Part shown: piece by piece, positions 59,881 to 64,000 of the stretch
How positions within the stretch are numbered: the stretch's first letter is position 1
How the letters are laid out: every line of letters begins with the position of its first letter
From: Pirellulales bacterium
GTDB lineage: Bacteria > Planctomycetota > Planctomycetia > Pirellulales > JAICIG01
Assembly: GCA_040901675.1 (NCBI GenBank)
Contig: JBBDYJ010000028.1
Coordinates: 3,336-67,335, forward strand
Direction: 5' to 3'
Length of the DNA stretch: 64,000 nucleotides
Translations under genes and position numbers: made by a program
The notes under the pieces: model-generated
Told to the model about the DNA's origin: nothing
Seen by the model: only the letters and a program-made list of their open reading frames with translations
Database searches by the model: none

Positions 59881-60291
59881 ATGGCCGCCAAGCGTCCAGA
59901 GTTGCGCAGTTTGTCGCAGTCGCAGCGGGAGATCATGGAAATCGTTTGGGACCGAGGCGAGGTGTCGGCTAACGACGTCCGCGAAATCCTCTCCGCAAAA
60001 CGCGATTTAGCAAAGAACACCGTCCGCACCCTGCTCGATCGGATGGAAGTCAAGGGCTGGTTAAAGCACCGTGAGAATGGGCGAACGTACCTCTACACAG
60101 CCGCCGAGCCGCGCGAAGCGTCCATCGGACAAAAGGTACTTGAAGTCGTCGAGCACGTTTGCGGCGGATCGCCGGAAACGCTGGTCACCGCCCTGCTCGA
60201 CTACCGTGGGCTGCGCCCAGACGAGCTGAGGAGGATTCGACAGCTCCTCGATCAGGCCCAGGCCGGCAAAGGTCGGAAAGGGGGTGCGTGA
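59881..60291 (+). CDS. BlaI/MecI/CopY family repressor
   Basis: LSQSQREIMEIVW, NTVRTLLDRMEVKGWL, GRTYLY; AGGAG RBS. Confidence 0.92.
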   Translation: MAAKRPELRSLSQSQREIMEIVWDRGEVSANDVREILSAKRDLAKNTVRTLLDRMEVKGWLKHRENGRTYLYTAAEPREASIGQKVLEVVEHVCGGSPETLVTALLDYRGLRPDELRRIRQLLDQAQAGKGRKGGA

Positions 60292-63200
60292 TGTCCACGT
60301 TGGTCCGCTTCTACCCGGGGGACCGGGGCCTCGATTTCTTGTTGGTAGTGACTCTGGGGGTGGCGCTCGCGTCGAGCGCGGCCTGGTTCATCTCACGGCG
60401 ACTGGCCGGCAAGGCGGCGCTGCGGCATCTCGTCCTGTTTTCTGCGCTGATCGGTTGCCTGGCGTCCCCCGCAGTGGCCTGGGTCTGCGTCACGGCGAGC
60501 CTGACGCTGGTTTCCATTCCCCTTCTGCCCGCGGAACCGGGCAAGAAGGCCTCCGGAGTCGCTCAAATTAGCACCGGTCCGGCTTGGACGCCGCCACGAC
60601 GTTCGACCGATCCGCCTCCCGTCGCCGCGGAGCTGCCTTCGCCGCAGACGAATACGACGACTGAGCAGAGCGCAAATGCCGCGGCCGCCCGCGCAGCGGA
60701 TCAAAGCCCTGCGAGGCCAACGCCGGCCGAGTCAGAGGTTCAGCCCAGCGGTAGCGCGGCGACAACGCTTCTGTCGTTCCGCGGAATCGCCACCGGGGCG
60801 ATGTTTGTCTGGGCAGCCGGCACTTTGCTGATGTTGGCGCGTCTGGCGCGGAACTGTGGGCGCGTCGTGCAGCTTCGCCGCTCGTCGCGTCCGGTACAGG
60901 ACGAGCGCCATAACGCTCTATTGCAGGAGGTCGCGGGCCGGCTAGGGACGCGCCAGGTTCCACCGCTGCTCGTATCGAACGGCACGGTCGCGCCGCTGGC
61001 GGTCGGTTTCGGGCGACCCGCGATCATCGTGCCCGAACGACTGCTCGCGGCGGTCAGCAACGACGAGCTGCGGGACATCCTGATGCACGAGGTGGCGCAC
61101 CTGGGGCGGGGCGACCAGCGGATCGTGCTGCTGCAAGAGCTGGCCGGGGCGCTGTACTGGCCGATCGTGTCGGTCCACGGTCTCAATCGCGAGTTGCGGC
61201 GGGCGCGCGAAGAGCTTTGCGACAACGTGGTGCTCGCCAGTCGCGACGCGATTCGCTACGGCGAGACCCTGTTGCACGTCGCCCAGTTGTTGGTTCAGGC
61301 CCGCCCGATGGACGCCGCGGTCGGCATCTTCGGCGGACAGGGTGAGTTGGAACGGCGCATTTCGGGACTGATCGATCCGAGGAGAAATACCATGACAACA
61401 ACCAGCCGAAAGGCAGCGTGCGTTGTGATCTTCCTGTTCATCGCCGGCGGCCTGCTCGCGTCGGAAACGCGGTTCGCTTCGGCCCAGGCCGACCCCGCGG
61501 CCCAGGCCGGCCCCGCGGCACAAGCGGCGCCTCCAGACCAGAAGACCCCAGCCGCTGTAGACACCGACGACTTGAAGCGCGCCGGACATTTCAGCGGGCG
61601 AGTGACCGGTCCCGACCGCAAGCCTGTCCAAGGCGCCCGGGTGTTCCTCGTTCCCTACAGCATCTACTCAAGCCCAGAGTTTCCGGAGAGTAGCACGGTC
61701 CTGCTGAACCGGATCAAGACGGTCGGTCCGGTCCGCGCCCGAACGGACGCCGACGGCCGCTTTGCGCTCGACGCGCCCGACATGACCTACACGACTATCG
61801 ATGGCCTTCTTGCCCGGCGACAGGGGCTCTTGATCGCAACGGCCGAGGGCCTCGCGCCAGACTGGATTGGATCGCATCGGGATCCGCTCAAGGGGGCCGA
61901 GCTGAACCTGCATCTCGCCACCGCCGATGTGCCGATCCACGGGCGCTTCCTCGGCCCCGACGGCCGACCTGTCGCGGACGCCCGCGTTCGCCTGACCCGG
62001 CTCATGATCCCGCGGAGGCGAGACCTCGACACTTATCTCGCCTACGTGACGAATGAGAACAGCGCCGTCATGAATGGGCCAAGTTACGAACGCTCGCTCT
62101 CCCGGCCGGACCTGGTTCCGGGGCTGATTACCGACACGCGGACCGACGCCGACGGGCGATTCACGTTGTCGGGACTCGGCCGCGACCGCCTCGCCGAACT
62201 GGCGGTGTCGGCGCCCAGCGTCGTCGATACCAGCCTCACGGTCATGACCCGCAATGTGCCCGACGTCGGGACTCACCGTTTCAATGGAGAACCCAGGGAG
62301 GTCACCTACGGCGCCGGCTTCACGCTCCAACTGAAACCAGGCCGGACGATCAAGGGCCGCGTGATCGACCGCGGCTCGGGTGAGCCGATCGCGGGCATGT
62401 GGGTGGGACCGGTCCAGGATTACCGCGCCGGCGTCTCTTCCCGCTTGTATCCCTGGGTCACGGACAAGGAAGGCCGCTTCACGATCACGGGGCTGCCTCC
62501 CAAACTGGAGCAGGAGGTTGTCATGGCGGTTGCCCCGCCCGGGGTGCCTTACCAGATGGCAGGCGAGTCGATCGTCGGCAAAAAGGAAGTGGAGATCAGG
62601 TGCCCGCGCGGCATCCCATCTCGATTGAAGGTTGTTGACGAGCAGGGAAGACCCGTCGAGGCGGAGGTCACCTACATTGATGTGCACCCAAATCCGCACG
62701 TCGAGATGCTGATCCCTCGGCCCGCAAGTCAATATCGCTGGCCCAACGCCCCGGCCGCGCGAAGAGCCCACGGGACCTACGAGGGGTTTGTTCTGCCGGG
62801 ACCGGGCGCCGTGCTGGTGAACACGCCGCGAAGCGCCGGCTACCGCCGGGCCCACGTCGATCCCAAGGCCTTCTTCGCTCCTGGCCGGACGAATTGGACG
62901 AAGGACCAGGAGTGGGCCTACGGTACGGACGACACGCTGACAATATTGAACGAGAACGGGCGGATCGATCAGACCGACTACGAGGCGATCGTCCTGGTCA
63001 ACCCCGCACCGAGTTCGGGGCCGGTCGAGCTGTCGGCCACCGTCGTCAAGGACCGGCCGCGGCAGGTAAACTTTATCGACCCGAATGGAAATCCCGTCCA
63101 CAACGTCGAGTGGACTCCTTATGGATCACGCTACCACGCCCACTTGCTTCCCCTGAGGGGACTCCATCCGGACCGCGCGAGGCCCCTCACGTACTGGCAG

Positions 63201-63644
63201 GAAGAGCGCCGCCTCATCGGCTTCCTGCTGGCGCGCGGCGACGGCGATTCACCCTACACCGTCCGCATGCAGCCCTGGGGCGCGGTCACCGGACGGATCG
63301 TCGATTGGGAAGGCGAAGGCGTTCCCGGCTCAAGTATCTCGGTCCGAGGCAACCACCCCGCCGATGCGGACCGGCGCGTTGGCGCCAAAACCGACGAGAA
63401 GGGACGATTCCAAATTGACAAGCTGATCCCCGGCCACCGCTACAGCGCCAAAGTCCATCGCGACAACCGCAACTTCGATGGCCGTCTCATCCCGTTGTTT
63501 GCCGGAGTGGCATTCGAAGACCTTGAGCTGGGGCCCGGAGAGGTCCGCGACCTCGGCGAGATCCGCACCAGGCCGCCGGTCTATGAGGAGTTTCCGCTCA
63601 TCTACGAGGAATATGAAGAACCAGGGACAAAACCGGAAGATTGA
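60291..63644 (+). CDS. BlaR1-like M56 metallopeptidase sensor with carboxypeptidase-regulatory-like beta repeats
   Basis: P..VGFGRPAI, HEVAH, REELCD, YGETLL, LERRI; repeated GRV..PDG.PV.GA.V / TDADGRF. Confidence 0.9.
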   Translation: MSTLVRFYPGDRGLDFLLVVTLGVALASSAAWFISRRLAGKAALRHLVLFSALIGCLASPAVAWVCVTASLTLVSIPLLPAEPGKKASGVAQISTGPAWTPPRRSTDPPPVAAELPSPQTNTTTEQSANAAAARAADQSPARPTPAESEVQPSGSAATTLLSFRGIATGAMFVWAAGTLLMLARLARNCGRVVQLRRSSRPVQDERHNALLQEVAGRLGTRQVPPLLVSNGTVAPLAVGFGRPAIIVPERLLAAVSNDELRDILMHEVAHLGRGDQRIVLLQELAGALYWPIVSVHGLNRELRRAREELCDNVVLASRDAIRYGETLLHVAQLLVQARPMDAAVGIFGGQGELERRISGLIDPRRNTMTTTSRKAACVVIFLFIAGGLLASETRFASAQADPAAQAGPAAQAAPPDQKTPAAVDTDDLKRAGHFSGRVTGPDRKPVQGARVFLVPYSIYSSPEFPESSTVLLNRIKTVGPVRARTDADGRFALDAPDMTYTTIDGLLARRQGLLIATAEGLAPDWIGSHRDPLKGAELNLHLATADVPIHGRFLGPDGRPVADARVRLTRLMIPRRRDLDTYLAYVTNENSAVMNGPSYERSLSRPDLVPGLITDTRTDADGRFTLSGLGRDRLAELAVSAPSVVDTSLTVMTRNVPDVGTHRFNGEPREVTYGAGFTLQLKPGRTIKGRVIDRGSGEPIAGMWVGPVQDYRAGVSSRLYPWVTDKEGRFTITGLPPKLEQEVVMAVAPPGVPYQMAGESIVGKKEVEIRCPRGIPSRLKVVDEQGRPVEAEVTYIDVHPNPHVEMLIPRPASQYRWPNAPAARRAHGTYEGFVLPGPGAVLVNTPRSAGYRRAHVDPKAFFAPGRTNWTKDQEWAYGTDDTLTILNENGRIDQTDYEAIVLVNPAPSSGPVELSATVVKDRPRQVNFIDPNGNPVHNVEWTPYGSRYHAHLLPLRGLHPDRARPLTYWQEERRLIGFLLARGDGDSPYTVRMQPWGAVTGRIVDWEGEGVPGSSISVRGNHPADADRRVGAKTDEKGRFQIDKLIPGHRYSAKVHRDNRNFDGRLIPLFAGVAFEDLELGPGEVRDLGEIRTRPPVYEEFPLIYEEYEEPGTKPED

Positions 63645-63791
63645 CCGCGCGATGTCCTTGGACCCGGCAATGTCCTCGACCCAACCGCCAATTCGCGCGA
63701 CGCAATCGCCCGGAAGCCGTTCTCGGAGAAGAAAGTTTGACAACAGGAAACGTCCGGGTATTCTCTGTGTATTCTGGCGAGGAGTTTCATC

Positions 63792-64000
63792 GTGACTGTG
63801 ATACAGCAAGTGGCAATCTGCTTCACGGCGGGGGTTGTAGGCGCTCTCGCCGTGGTCCTCTTCAGCCACGCCCTGTTCGCCTTGGGGCTCAGCGAGAAAC
63901 TCGGCGTAAAGCAGCCGATCTCATTCCAATCGCCCGATATCTACCGGCCGCTCTTCTGGGGCGGGCTGTGGGGTGTCCCGTTCGGGCTGTTGATCGAGGC
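63792..64000 (+). CDS. Membrane protein, partial (runs off window)
   Basis: GAGGAG RBS, GTG start; MTVIQQVAICFTAGVVGALA...IYRPLFWGGLWG. Confidence 0.7.
   Translation, partial: MTVIQQVAICFTAGVVGALAVVLFSHALFALGLSEKLGVKQPISFQSPDIYRPLFWGGLWGVPFGLLIE

Overview
High-GC window that looks like a Planctomycete (Pirellulales-like) chromosome segment. This is inferred from a YTV-repeat protein, an ExLExRxLL extracellular motif, BlaI/M56 and DUF1080 genes. Core genes: rex, lutBC, suhB, rimI, plsC-like, trpF, ahcY, parAB with two parS sites, tRNA-Gln and tRNA-Pro. Downstream of tRNA-Pro lies an accessory region (about 50.9-59.6 kb) punctuated by two copies of the tRNA 3' end. It holds a decayed type I R-M locus, an intact Gabija-like OLD nuclease/UvrD pair with a coupled third PD-(D/E)XK gene, and integron-type attC cassettes with no integrase. 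Most notable observations: (1) a 24-bp element seen absent, inserted, and nested inside itself within a dispersed 34-bp repeat; (2) a Tat-exported xanthine-oxidase-family molybdoenzyme operon that has lost the Cys ligands of two Fe-S clusters and carries a small Cys-rich fourth gene; (3) two giant coupled genes made of three homologous ~1100-aa membrane-anchored modules; (4) a degenerate CAAX-protease/sulfotransferase fusion; (5) a HEPN + BolA/MNT-like pair. All calls rest on motif recognition by eye; no database search was run, so novelty is unverified.
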